Assembly: GCA_964016885.1 (NCBI GenBank)
Contig: OZ024740.1
Coordinates: forward strand, 350,858,001 to 350,922,000
Direction of reading: 5' to 3'
Length of the DNA: 64,000 nucleotides
Origin: Eledone cirrhosa
Taxonomy: Eukaryota
Below the pieces are notes generated by a model. The model made no database searches, was not told the DNA's origin, and saw only the letters and a list, made by a program, of their open reading frames with translations. The first letter of the stretch is position 1; each line of letters begins with the position of its first letter. A program made the translations under genes and the position numbers. Of the stretch, positions 13,629-26,110 are shown piece after piece.

Positions 13629-13685
<57 letters not shown>

Positions 13686-13760
13686 CAGTTTTTGTGCTTC
13701 TTTTTTTAATAATATTAGACCATGGAATGTGACGAAGCTAGTTAGTGTCATTACTCTTGC

Positions 13761-14151
<391 letters not shown>

Positions 14152-15435
14152 ATTAGTTAAATGCAATGATGCTTAGAAATTCTACTTGACACATTGATCT
14201 GATTCCGCGGCAATGAAGTCGTTCACCTTTTAAGTATGTTAGCTGGTAGTTTGGAAATCGTTGCATTGCAGCATAGACTACATAATTGTGGCAGTGATGA
14301 CGTTCATAGTGACGATGCATAGTGATGGTGATTGTAACGATGATGTCAATGATGTTTATGGATGTAGGTGTAATGGTATGCTGGGAGAGAAATGTTATAA
14401 ATAGCTTCTCATCTGTAAATGACTAGCAACGAATAATTGCTAAATCATCGTCTTAATAACACATTCAATTTTAGTTTTATCATCTGGCAGCAAATGTGAA
14501 TGGAGCTTGCTGGTATTTTTTATTTTAATTTTATGGCAGGGAAAAATATTATTTTCCCTTTTATAACTGACTGTTGGTTGCTTCGGTAGACATATATAAA
14601 GAAAGAGAAACAGCTATAACTGCAAAGAAAGAAATATAGATATGATTCAGACGTACATATTTCGATAGTGAGGTTATTGACATCCAAACATATCGGAAGC
14701 TTTAAGCTTATCTATCAACAACAATCAGATGTATCTACGAAACAAGAAAATTCAGTTTTCTGTCAAATTAATTTTTAGTTCCTTGGAATTATCTCACCTT
14801 TTATTGTCAATAACTATTGCCGTTATGTTTCAGTTTTTATCCCCAATAAAATGTGAGTTTCAATTAATAAAGAATATTTTGCATACCTGATTAATTCATC
14901 ATTCTCATATCACATCTCCATACAATGTCATTAGCCTACTTGAGTTTTAAGCTCAAGTTTTGTAATCCTATTTCGATTCTCATTTGAAACAAATTCACTT
15001 CATATGGATTTTAAAACTTCTATGCCAGCCAATAAATGAGGCCTTACGTTCTCACATGCCTATTAGAAATAACAACCAAATTTCACTCAAATGGGATTAT
15101 GTGTATCTAAAAGGAAAATTCATATATGACAAATGTAATCAGATATATATTACGCCTGATAAAAGGTTTGACTTGTCATGTCTAGAATATCTGTAATCAG
15201 GTGCCAGTCCGATCATTGTTGATCTGGGGTTAAACTATAATAATTATAAGAAAACAAATTCGCCCTGGTCTGTTATCTGCCACATTTCCATCAAAATAGT
15301 CACGTAAAATAGGGATCGATTTAACTGAGGAAAGAAATTCACCCTCTTCTAAACACGCATGTATGATGGATAACTACAAAGAAAACGCATACATGGATAT
15401 ATAAATACACATAAAAATGTGTGCATGCATGTTTT

Positions 15436-15533
<98 letters not shown>

Positions 15534-15544
15534 ATAACAGATGG

Positions 15545-15790
15545 TTGAGAGCCTAATGGCGAGCAGTTTTGAGAGGCGGTTCGCCTGTCAGATACGGTCG
15601 AAAGTTTTGTTATGTCGAAGGCCTTAACATTGTTTTCACCAATTTTTTCAAGGGCAAGAGCCCATTCATGAGTGACATAAGAAAATAAATGTTCAGTAAA
15701 TCTGACTTTATGAAAGCCGTACTGATGATAATTAAAGGGAGAGAGATAAAAAGATTCAAGGTGCTGGAGAATTATTAATTGTGTCATTGT
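15545..15790 (-). pseudogene. Decayed LINE RT fragment (Jockey/CR1/L2-like)
   Basis: HQYGFHKVRFTEHLFSYVTHEWALALEKIGENNVKAFDITK resembles QYGFR..RST...W...DISKAFD. Confidence 0.65.
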
Positions 15791-16268
15791 TCATTGTTTT
15801 CGTTAATACCTTTAAGATATTGGATGAGTGCCAAGGATAACTGGAAAGGTCAGATGGATTAGTCCTCTTGGTAATGAGACCTATTGTCAGATATCAGCCT
15901 ATATCCTTGAACAGTTTTGTGAGAATAAATGTCTAGCTATAGATTATGTGACGGTGCAGTTGGGTGATGGGTGATAGTATTACTTATTACTGACAACAAT
16001 CCAGTATCAATTTTCTTGAATAAAGTAAATCCATTGACGTAGATATCGTCAATTATTAGATCAATATGGTGCTGCTCTAATTTATGATTGATATAAATGT
16101 AAGTACCTCTGTCAGGAGTCAATGAGAAACCAGTTTGGACATTGTAAAACATGGCTAATTTTGGAGCGATAATTTGATCTTGTTTTCTTGCAACACATTT
16201 TAATGCTGCACCCCGGGTTGCAAAGTAAAACATTATAAAGTTTGCCGGGTTCTTTTATGTGATAAAGC

Positions 16269-17215
16269 ATGTTCTGGGTTTGGATTATCAAAAGCGTGAT
16301 GTACGAAATGCGGCTACATAGGAGGAATATTGTTACAGTCTGGCTGGACTACAGGAAAACATTGGATTATGTTGCCCACTCTTGGATGATGGAGGCTCTG
16401 CGACTTGCTAAAGTCTCGATCAGATCTATAGAGAACCTATCTTCTTCCTGGGCTACTATCCAAAACTTAAAGAGAATGAGGTATCTATTTTCACTGATAA
16501 AATAGAATATCAGAGGGGTATATTTCAAGACGACAGTCTCTCTCTCTATGTTACTATTTATTCTGACATTAACACTCTTGTTCTTTCTGCTCAAAAAATG
16601 TGAAGAATACAAAATCGGCTCACATGTGAACAGGAATACAAACCTAACCCGCAACTTCTTTGTGGATGACCTGAAACTCTATGTCAAGAACAGAAATAGG
16701 ATGAAAAAAAAACTTGACATGGTTACGAATTTCTCGAAGGATATAGAAATGGGGTTTGGGCAAGATAAATGTTCATATATGATTGTAAAGCGAGAAAAAA
16801 CTACAAGCTAATCTAGCAAGAATGTTATCAATGGCATGTTTCACGATATCTGACGAGGACTTCTTCAGATATCTAGGGATAGATGAAAATGTAACCTATG
16901 GTGGTATTTGTAACAAGGAACGCGTAACCAGGGAATATTACACCCGTTTGAGAAACATATGATCATCCGAAATCTCTGCACATAATAAAACAGTGGCTCA
17001 CAATTTGTATGCTGTGCCTGACCTAAGACTAACATTCAGAATTGGCGATTGGACGATAGCTGAAATTTGAGCTATTGATGTTAAATCCCGAAAAATCCTA
17101 AACAACGTGGGAAATCTCCACATCAACAGTGATATAGACCGTCTCTACCTGAAATGTAAACGGAGGCAGACGCCTAACTTTTGTCTAGACAACATTTGAG
17201 TGCCGCATAATATCC
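16269..17215 (+). pseudogene. Decayed R4/Dong-like RT fragment
   Basis: WLDYRKTLDYVAHSW, RGIFQDDSLS, FFVDDLKLY, FGQDKC, YLG and DIDRLYL are collinear with the Dong-like ORFs in this window, with many lesions. Confidence 0.8.
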
Positions 17216-17294
17216 TTCCGATAACATCAACGAACCACTAAGCGTAGGAGCAAGTATGTCTACATGAGCAAGTATGTCTACATGAGACAGATGA

Positions 17295-17621
17295 AATAAT
17301 TGTTTCTACTTTAGGCACAAGGCCAGCAATTACCCAGTGCATCACTGGTACTTTATTTTATCGACCCCGTAAGGATGAAAGGCAAAGTCAACCTCGACGG
17401 GATTTGAACTCAGAACCTAAAGGACGGTAAAAGTTTATATAATAATTGCTTCTACTTTTGGCACAAGGCCAGCAATTATCCCAGTGCATTACTGGTAGTT
17501 TATTTTATCGACCCCGTAAGGATAAAAGGCAAAGTTAACCTCGACGGAATTTGAACTCAGACCTTAAATGGACGTAACTATGCTGGAAAGCATGGCGTCC
17601 GACCCTCTACCGATACTGCCA
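17295..17621 (-). mobile_element. Two tandem Nin/Deu-core SINE copies (17295-17427 partial; 17441-17621)
   Basis: Reverse-complement matches to the SINE at 44571. Confidence 0.88.
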
Positions 17622-17653
17622 CCAGAACATACATACATACGTACATACATACA

Positions 17654-18243
17654 TGGTGGCTGCCAACTCGTTTTCGAGTACGGCCACTACTTTATATTCA
17701 TGTAGGAGAACCCCTACCGATGCGCTGAACGACTGTGACTTTTTAGTCCGGCCAGCGACTTGAAACTCTGGTACAAACACTACACTTGTGACAATTACTG
17801 ACACATAGTGCTGGGACCATGGTACCATGTGAGGACAAGTGCAGAGAGATCTCCAGATATAAAGCAATGCCTGTGCCGTGAAGCTTTTATAGTGAGCTAA
17901 GGCACTGCACAAAGCCAGTCCCACTCTCTTAACCAAGATGATATTTACCAAAAAGAAGAACAAGTCAACATCATTGGATACCATCAGGGTTGCAGGTGTT
18001 ATATCAGAGTTTTCCTTCTCCTAGAATTCTGCCTTGACAAAGGCTAAGGGGTCATCTCTCCCGGTGATTTTGGATGTCCATTGACTCTTAAGAGCTCCTT
18101 TGCCCTTTGACAGGTTTTGTTTTTAGTCCTGCAGGATGTCCAAAGTCACCCTCCTCACCAAGAAACCTTGGTGGGGTTGCCAGTTTAGTCGCCAACGACC
18201 CGACCATGAGACAGGTTGTACTGGGATACATGTTACCAGTAGC
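17654..18243 (-). mobile_element. Short non-autonomous LINE-derived element (RTE-like 5'UTR) bounded by (TACA)n
   Basis: GC-richer island flanked on both sides by (TACA)n (17628-17653, 18244-18344). The minus strand carries ctaggagaaggaaaactctga, a motif I recall from invertebrate RTE-type 5'UTRs. Confidence 0.4.
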
Positions 18244-20866
18244 ACATACATACATACATACATACATACATACATACATACATACATACATACATACATA
18301 CATACATACATACATACATACATACATACATACATACATACATACGTTTTTGTTCATGCGAATGATTTCTCATTTTAGGTCTCGTGGACTTTTGGTTAAA
18401 TAGGAGCGCCGCTTTGAGAATAAATTATAATACTGATTATTACAGCCATAAGTAAATGTAAAAATATTAAATTTTATTTTTCGTATTATTCTTATTTCTT
18501 AATGTATATGTTATATTGAACATTTAATATCCAGGTGACATACTTTAATAATAAATTTTAGAATGTTGGAAGGTATTGTGTTTCCTTTGATTTCTTTTTT
18601 TTTGGAAAAGGTAGGTTATTCTTCATATTTTTCTTAATTTGTACCTGTATGACTTATTTTACTAGTGAACATTCATTTTCCATAGATTTTAAATAAGAAG
18701 GCATGCACAGTAGTGGAATTCTTCAATATACAAGGTATTTGAACAACATTTTATAAAATTCCTATATAATATGTAATTATGAAAATAAAATAAGATTTTT
18801 TAAAACTTCCAATAGCTATGAGGGTCCCCGAAAAGGGTCCATAAGTAAAAAACAAGGTTGAGAATTAAAGCAAGGAACCACGATTATACCACATTCACAC
18901 AGCCAATTCTCTAACTTTCTAACAGTGGTCTCGTAACTCAGCAACTTATCACAAGAACATGCTTGCTGTTCCATGTTTTGCGATTTTAAAAACAATTTAT
19001 TAGGACAATTATTAGTAACATTTCCTAACAGTACAAAAGATATATAACCCACCAAAAGCACTTGTGTGTTTTTAATGAGAATTTTCGAAAATTAAAAGGT
19101 CAGTTATTCCCACCACCAATATATCCTAAATGTTTTAATATACAAATGCTTTGGTTTCCAACTACTAATGTCTAATGAGCATATATATGTAATTCTTATA
19201 TATAATTCTGAATAAAATAACTCACATGAAGTGCATCTTAAAGACGTCTTTAAAAAGCAATTAATCAAAATGTTAGTAGCTCAGACGCAAGATAAATATA
19301 TTTGAAATGTAGCGTATAAACCTTTTTACAAAGTTATAATTATTTGGTAACTTACTAAAAATGTTCGTCTTATTGTTAAATGATGTAGTGTAATAATCAA
19401 GCACAGACGTAATCATAAACAGCTGTTTACCAACAAAGTTTATGTAGGGGAGTCGAGTGTGTACAACATGTAGAAAGCTGCGTTATATTCTCTAGTTTCT
19501 TCTGTTTAATTTTCAATTTTTTTCCTATTCCATTCCCTTTTTCGTTTTGCTTCATTTATATTGATCTAAAATTTAGCTAAATATGGGCACACATTTGCAG
19601 AGACGGGGTAAAGTCAATCGAGGCCAAGCATGCGAGGAGTGAGAGGGCATTCCCATCCGAGCGCTGTTATAAAGGGACGTCACATTTCCTTTGCCCTATC
19701 ATGCCTTTTAATTAAAGTAGCGCCCTCAAAGTGCCATTGTCATCTGATTGTTGATAACGCTAGTTACACAACTAATAGTTGACTTAATAAGCCCTGAGAA
19801 CAAATCTGATAACTATTGCAATGGCATTGGTGTGAGGAAGGATGAAACCGGCCTCGGCAGTATCTTTTATCGTGACTAAAAACATACAATGTTATAACAT
19901 GATTGCGATTCACCTTGCCTGAAACAAGGTGAAATTATAGTAAACAGAGATGACAATGAGAGTATGTTCTAAACTTTCTGAGTCTCAACTCTGAACTTAC
20001 TTCACTTAAGAAGTATCGGGAAGGACGCGAACATAAAATTACTGATTGGCAATCTGTATCTTAGCTGCATGGGTGTATGGGTGCACAGCGACGTCGTCCC
20101 TGTATTGGGGCTGCAAACATAAAAATGATGGCACCCAGCAGATTAAAATCTCGCCGCGCAATAGCTTTGAAAGATAAAATATTTTTGCTCAAAATTTCAA
20201 AAGTTCTAATCTATGTTTGGCTTAAATTAGAGGGACTACTGCCCATTCCCCATTTTCTGTTGTTTTTTTTTTCATTTTTTTCATTAGTCAGTCTTGAGAC
20301 TGGTAGGATGGAGAGAGGAAGGGATCATAAGGCTAGAAACTTAGACAAATGTTTCTATGGGCCAAGTGAATGTGTTAAACCTGGAAATAGATTTAGAGTA
20401 GTATTGAAGCAGACCAAAGAGACATTTTATCGCAGAACGGAAAAAAGCTGGAACAAATGAGTAAAAGATCTCATGTGATGCTCTAATAACTCGGCCATTG
20501 CACCATTTTAGTTTGGTACCTTATATTATAGACCTGGAAAAGAAGAAATTCAAAGTTAAAGTTAACATCGATGGGATTTGAATTCGAATTGCAGAGAGCA
20601 AATAACACAACAAATTCGCTTCTGTGGGGCTTTCTGCCAAATCAAAAGTAATATTGCTGACATGATGACTCTCTTTACTACTTCAATAAGAGTCTCCCCC
20701 TTTCGCTCGCTCTCTCTCTCTCTTGTCCCTATCATTTCTATTTTGAGGGGAAAACATTATCCTTTTTTTTCTATTTACTTTCTTTACTTTCTTTACTTTC
20801 AAGTTTATTTTTACTTTGTCCCTTTTTTCACATCTTTCCAAGCTTTTAAATACATCACCCCACTGA

Positions 20867-21035
<169 letters not shown>

Positions 21036-21396
21036 AAAACATGCACGCATATACAGATAAAATTCCCAACACATATACATACACGCATACAAACATTTCA
21101 TCTCTTCTCTCGTACTATGGTGGTAGGTATTTTTGAAAGCCTCGGAGGTAGTAAGTGCCATCGTTTGACCTTTGGGTACTTACCTATAGGGGATTAAATC
21201 TTTTGCAAGAACTCCCATTAAAATACCGATGAGAATACTTCATGTCTCCTTCAATTCGCACTTAGACTACACTGATTGCCATATGGAGCTTACAGATGGA
21301 AATGGTTTAGGAAAGTGTGGAGCCCACCCCTAGAGACATAAACCACTGAAGCTGTTGCATCGTCTATTTCTCATTCGTCTTCTTTTTTTTTTTTTT

Positions 21397-21461
21397 TCTT
21401 CTTCTTCTTCTTCTTCTTCTTCTTCTTCTTCTTCTTCTTCTTCTTCTTCTCAATATTATCA

Positions 21462-21505
<44 letters not shown>

Positions 21506-21517
21506 GTTATTGTTATT
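21397..21517. repeat. (CTT)n followed by (ATT)n (tail/target of the Dong-like array)
   Basis: Direct inspection. Confidence 0.93.
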
Positions 21518-24500
21518 CCTTGAATCTCAGTCATTGATGTTGGTTAACTGGAAAGTCCGTTGGATTGAATATCAAGCCACTACCTGCAGCCTCAGATATT
21601 CAGGACGTATCGGAGGGTTCTTGCTGTTCCAAGCAAGCATGCCTTTTGAAGCGTTCCAAAAAGCGTGAAGGGGCCGATTTTCTTTAACCATCCTTGGAAA
21701 CTTTTGGAGATAGTCCCCAGTGCGCCTATGACAATCGGGATCACTTTGACTTCATGGCAGTTCCAAATCCTTTTCACCTCCCACTTTAGGTCCTGGTATC
21801 GGTTAATTTTCTCCCTCTCCTTCTCTTGCACTCTCGTGTCGAACGGGCAGGCCACATCCACAATCAGGCACGATCTTTTTTCTTTGTCCACAACCACCAG
21901 GTCAGGTCTATTGTGTTCCAGTTTTTTGTCCGTCTGTATCCTAAAATCCCACAGCACCTTCACCTGATTGTTCTCCATCACCGCCTCTGGCCTATGCTCA
22001 TACCATTTCTCAGAATGTGGTAGATTGTTTACTTTGCACAGGTGCCAGTGGATCACCCTGCCCATCACATCGTGTCTCCAGCCCTTATAGTGGGTCTGGG
22101 CTAGGTGTTTACACTCGGACACAATGTGAGCCACAGTCTCCTCTCTCTCTCCACAGATCCTGCACAGTGGGCTGGCCTCCTCCTTGTAGATATGGTGCTT
22201 CAACCACTTCGTTTTGAGGGCCTGCTCCTGCGCAGCCATTAGCATTCCTTCTGTAGCCTTTTTGAGGTCTCCTCTTCTCAACCAGTTCCATGTCTGTGGA
22301 TCTCTAAATTCAGTTTTCTCAAAGAAGGTACTATGAAGGGTTTTTCCCTTAAGGCTGCTCTTCCTCCTTGATGTTATTTCCTCCCTGGACATCCCCTGGC
22401 CTACTGTCCCCTCCTTCAGTACAGCTCTGAGCATTGGCTCCTTACTATAGGTCACGTATTTGTATAGGTTGTTTTTCTCCATCTGAACACAGTCCTCTAT
22501 GCTGATAAGACCTCTTCCACCCTCAGATCTCCTTAGGTAGAGTCTATCGACATCACTCCTCTTGTGGAACATGTTGTAGATAGTCAATAGCTTCCTAGTC
22601 TTCCTATCCATTTCTTTCTGTTCAGCAACATTCCATCTCAGAATTCCCGCACTGTACCTAATAATAGACACAGCTCGGGAATTTACTGCGCTTATGGCAT
22701 TTTTGCTGTTCAGATGTGACTTCAATACGCTCCTTACTCTCCGAATGTATTCAGTTCTTAACAATTCCTTAAATTTTTTGTTCTTTATGCCATCAGCCTC
22801 CAGAACGCCCAAATACTTGTATCCTTCCTCAGAGTCAATTTCCTTTATCATCTCACCTGTTGGTATCTGGATCCCGTTACTTCTGCTCAACCTACCCCTC
22901 TTCATCACAATGACTCCACATTTACCAATACCAAACTGCATACATATATCACTGCTGAAAATACGGACAGTGTCAACAAGCACATCCAACTCCTTCTCAC
23001 TTTTCCCGAAGAGCTTAAGATCGTCCATGAAGAGGAGGTGATTGATGGTAAGCTCTCCCCTTCCCAACTTGTATCCTGCTCACACTTTTCGCAGCATAAT
23101 GGTCAAGGGCATCAGGGCAAGGACAAACAACAGAGGGGACAGGCTATCTCCCTGGAAGATACCTCTCTTGATCTTCACGCTTCCCAAGGATACTCCAGTT
23201 GATGTCAACTCTGTCTCCCAGGACCCCATACTCCTGCCTAGCAACTGTCTGATGTTATCCGCCACCCTGAAGATCTCCAGGCTTTTGGTGATCCAGGAAT
23301 GAGGCACCATGTCAAATGCCTTTCTGTAGTCTATCCATCCCATGGCAAGATCAGTGTGTCTCCTCCTGCAATTCCCCATTACCATCTTATCAATAAGCAA
23401 CTGGTCCTTTGTACCACGTGACTTCTTTCGGCATCCTTTCTGTTCGTCCGGTAACAAGTTGTTTGTGTGGAGATGATGGTAGATTTCCTCAGACACAATG
23501 CTCGTCAACAGTTTCCACATTACGGGCAGACATGTGATAGGTCTATAGTTGGTAGCATCATTACCCTTGATTCGGTCTTTCATTATCAGAACTGTGGTAC
23601 CTTTTGTCAACCACTCTGGCACCTCACCCGACACCAAGCAGTCATTGAACATGGCCGTCAGCTTCGGGTGGAGGGATGTTAGATGTTTAATCCAATACCC
23701 CTGCACACCATCTGGGCCTGGCGATTTCCAGTTGGTTAGTTTTTTGGCTTGTCCCTTAAGAGTTTCAACTGTGATACTCAAATCAGTCTGTTGCTGTGCC
23801 TGCTCACCGATCTCCCTCTGTACTGTCTCAATCCACCCTGCCTGGGCATTGTGTCTAACATCCTGCTCCCATATTCCTCTCCAGAATGTTTTAGTTTGCT
23901 CCGCCCCAGGGATCAAGTCGTTGCCTCTTTCTTTGCCCTCAAGCTGTCCAAACACCATCTTCTGGTTGTTGTCGAACATGCGGTTCTGTTTATACTGACT
24001 GACTCTGTTCTCGTATCGCCTTATTTTTGCACTCTTTGCTACAATGCGTTGCTTCAATTCCTCTATGATAATATTTAGCTTTTTACTCCTAGTTTTGTAT
24101 TTTATTTCCAGTCTATTTTTAGTGCCTATGTTTTTTAGTGTCCCAATCAGTAGTGACTCAAGCTTTCCTATGTCATTTCTCATTTCCCCGATTTGCCCAC
24201 TCAGTCGCTTCTTCCACCACGGCTCTGCTCTTTCTTGTCTGTTGTTTCCTCTCGCTTTTATACCAAGTAGTTTCCTCACCGTATTTGCTGTTGCTCTGAG
24301 GATATTGTTGCACTGGTGAAGGCTCCTCGCCTCAAGGTATGGGATGACTTTGTTTACCTTAGCTGTTGTTTCTTTTAACTTTATCCTGTCTACAAATCTT
24401 AGGTTCATAGGTCTCCCACTATCATTGTTCAATTCATCTACCACTAAATTTAGGATGTCAACCGAATCTTGTCCTAGCCCGTCAGCATTCATCTCCTCAG

Positions 24501-26050
24501 TGGCCGTATCTCTGTTCCAGGTATTATTTATCTCAGTACTCAGATCATTGTCTGCTTCGGGTGGTTCCTCCGTTCTCAGGACCTCCTCACCTTCATTTCC
24601 CACCGGCTCGCTTGTCTGGCATACTACACCCGCCATCTCCAAGCCATTCTCTCTGCTCAGTTCCTCCAGTTCCAGCTCGCTTATCCACCCATTAGTTCTT
24701 ATTACCCGAGCCTGCCCGGCCAATTTTTGTTCATCTAATTTAAATAAACCAATCTCGTTCCAGATGTTATGCATCCGTCTCCTGTAGCCCCTCTTCTTGG
24801 GGTTACTTTTCAGGTAGCATTGCATAACAGTTCTATTCAATTCTTTCGTCCAGTTGGTTCTGGCCCCTTTCCTTCTTCTCCTTCCTCCAACATCAGCAGT
24901 ATTTGGTTGACAGTCAGGTTCCTGCTGCTGAGCCAGGGGGCACCTGTTGGGTGAGAGTCTGTCACATGACGTTCTAGTCTCCATTTCACCGTTATTCGAA
25001 CTGTTTATGTTCGATATTTAAACACTCTTATCGAGGATTGGCGAATGTATGTTTACATAGCCATCTGTGGGTCCGCCATCCCACTTGGCCCTTGTGTGGC
25101 ATTATCACCACGCTGTATACGAACACACATAAACAACCAAACACACAGGCAGAAAGGGCCCCAGAAATGAATAAGCATAAGTTTCATTGTAATGTAGTGT
25201 TCGAATGTCTGACTTAGTTTTAGTTTTTTAAGTTTTACTTTTTCCCCCCTCTTCTCTGTCCGTCCGCCTGCTTCTCTCTTCATTCTTATTTTCTTTACGT
25301 TTTTGGGGTTTCTTTTTTTTTGTTTTTGTTTTTCTCTGTTTGTTTTTCTCGTTTTTTGCTGTTGTTGCTGTGCTGCTTTGGTTTTGTTGTTTGTTTTTTC
25401 TTTTTTCTTTTGGGTCTATCTATATATTTTGATGCCTTCCTCTTTGTTAGTAGTAGGAATTCTATAATGTGGGAGTAGCAGCCAGCAGGGAAGTGGGAGA
25501 CTGGCGGCGTTAGCGATACTGAGACAGTGGTGGTGGTGATGTCGATACCGAGGCAGTGGTGGCGGTGATGTGACCGTATTACTGTAGTGATGGTGCTGTA
25601 GCGGAGTCAAGGGGTGGTGGCGGCGGTGATGGGATAGTGGTGGTAATGATGGCCGTAGTGAGCGGTGGCGGTGAAGGTGAAAATGTGTCGTTATCTGGCT
25701 GTTGTGTTTAGTGTACACATATGATGGGGTGGGTGGTGTATCTAGTTTCTGGTGTTGGTGAGTTTAGCTGTCCTATATAGTGTAGCCAGAGGAGAGGAGG
25801 GGAGGGGTTCTTCTTCCATTTATAGCCATTTTTTTTTTGGATATACAGTGTACAATAAAAAGTTGAATATTTGAATATTTGAGCCTTATAACAATATATT
25901 TTGGGTCCGAATTTTTTGGGGCTCAAGCCGGGTGCTTTACGTAGCATTTGTGCTAAGAGTTTTTATTTCACAAATGGTTTAAATATGTTAAAAATTCAAA
26001 ACTTACGGGAGCGATTTCATGACCTCCGTCACCTCGTGCGTCTTCTTCCC
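21518..26050 (-). mobile_element. R4/Dong-like RLE non-LTR retrotransposon, family A copy 1 (longest 5' region)
   Basis: Single RT-RLE ORF with a ~1.07-kb 5' region; (TAA)n on both sides. Confidence 0.9.
21592..24984 (-). pseudogene. RT + CCHC + restriction-like endonuclease ORF (1130 codons, one in-frame TGA at 23080)
   Basis: KSPGPDG, YRPITCL, DYRKAFD, GIFQGDSLSP, FMDD, CRIC...H..SEC, RHD, RPDLVVVD...DVACP..K..Y. AGA>TGA relative to copy 2. Confidence 0.93.
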
Positions 26051-26053
26051 TTA

Positions 26054-26100
<47 letters not shown>

Positions 26101-26110
26101 GTTATTGTTA

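Noticed and set aside
18816-19061. 81-aa ORF (also 15937-16233 and 20077-20460) as host exons
   Set aside because: No recognisable domain and no convincing splice-site pairs.
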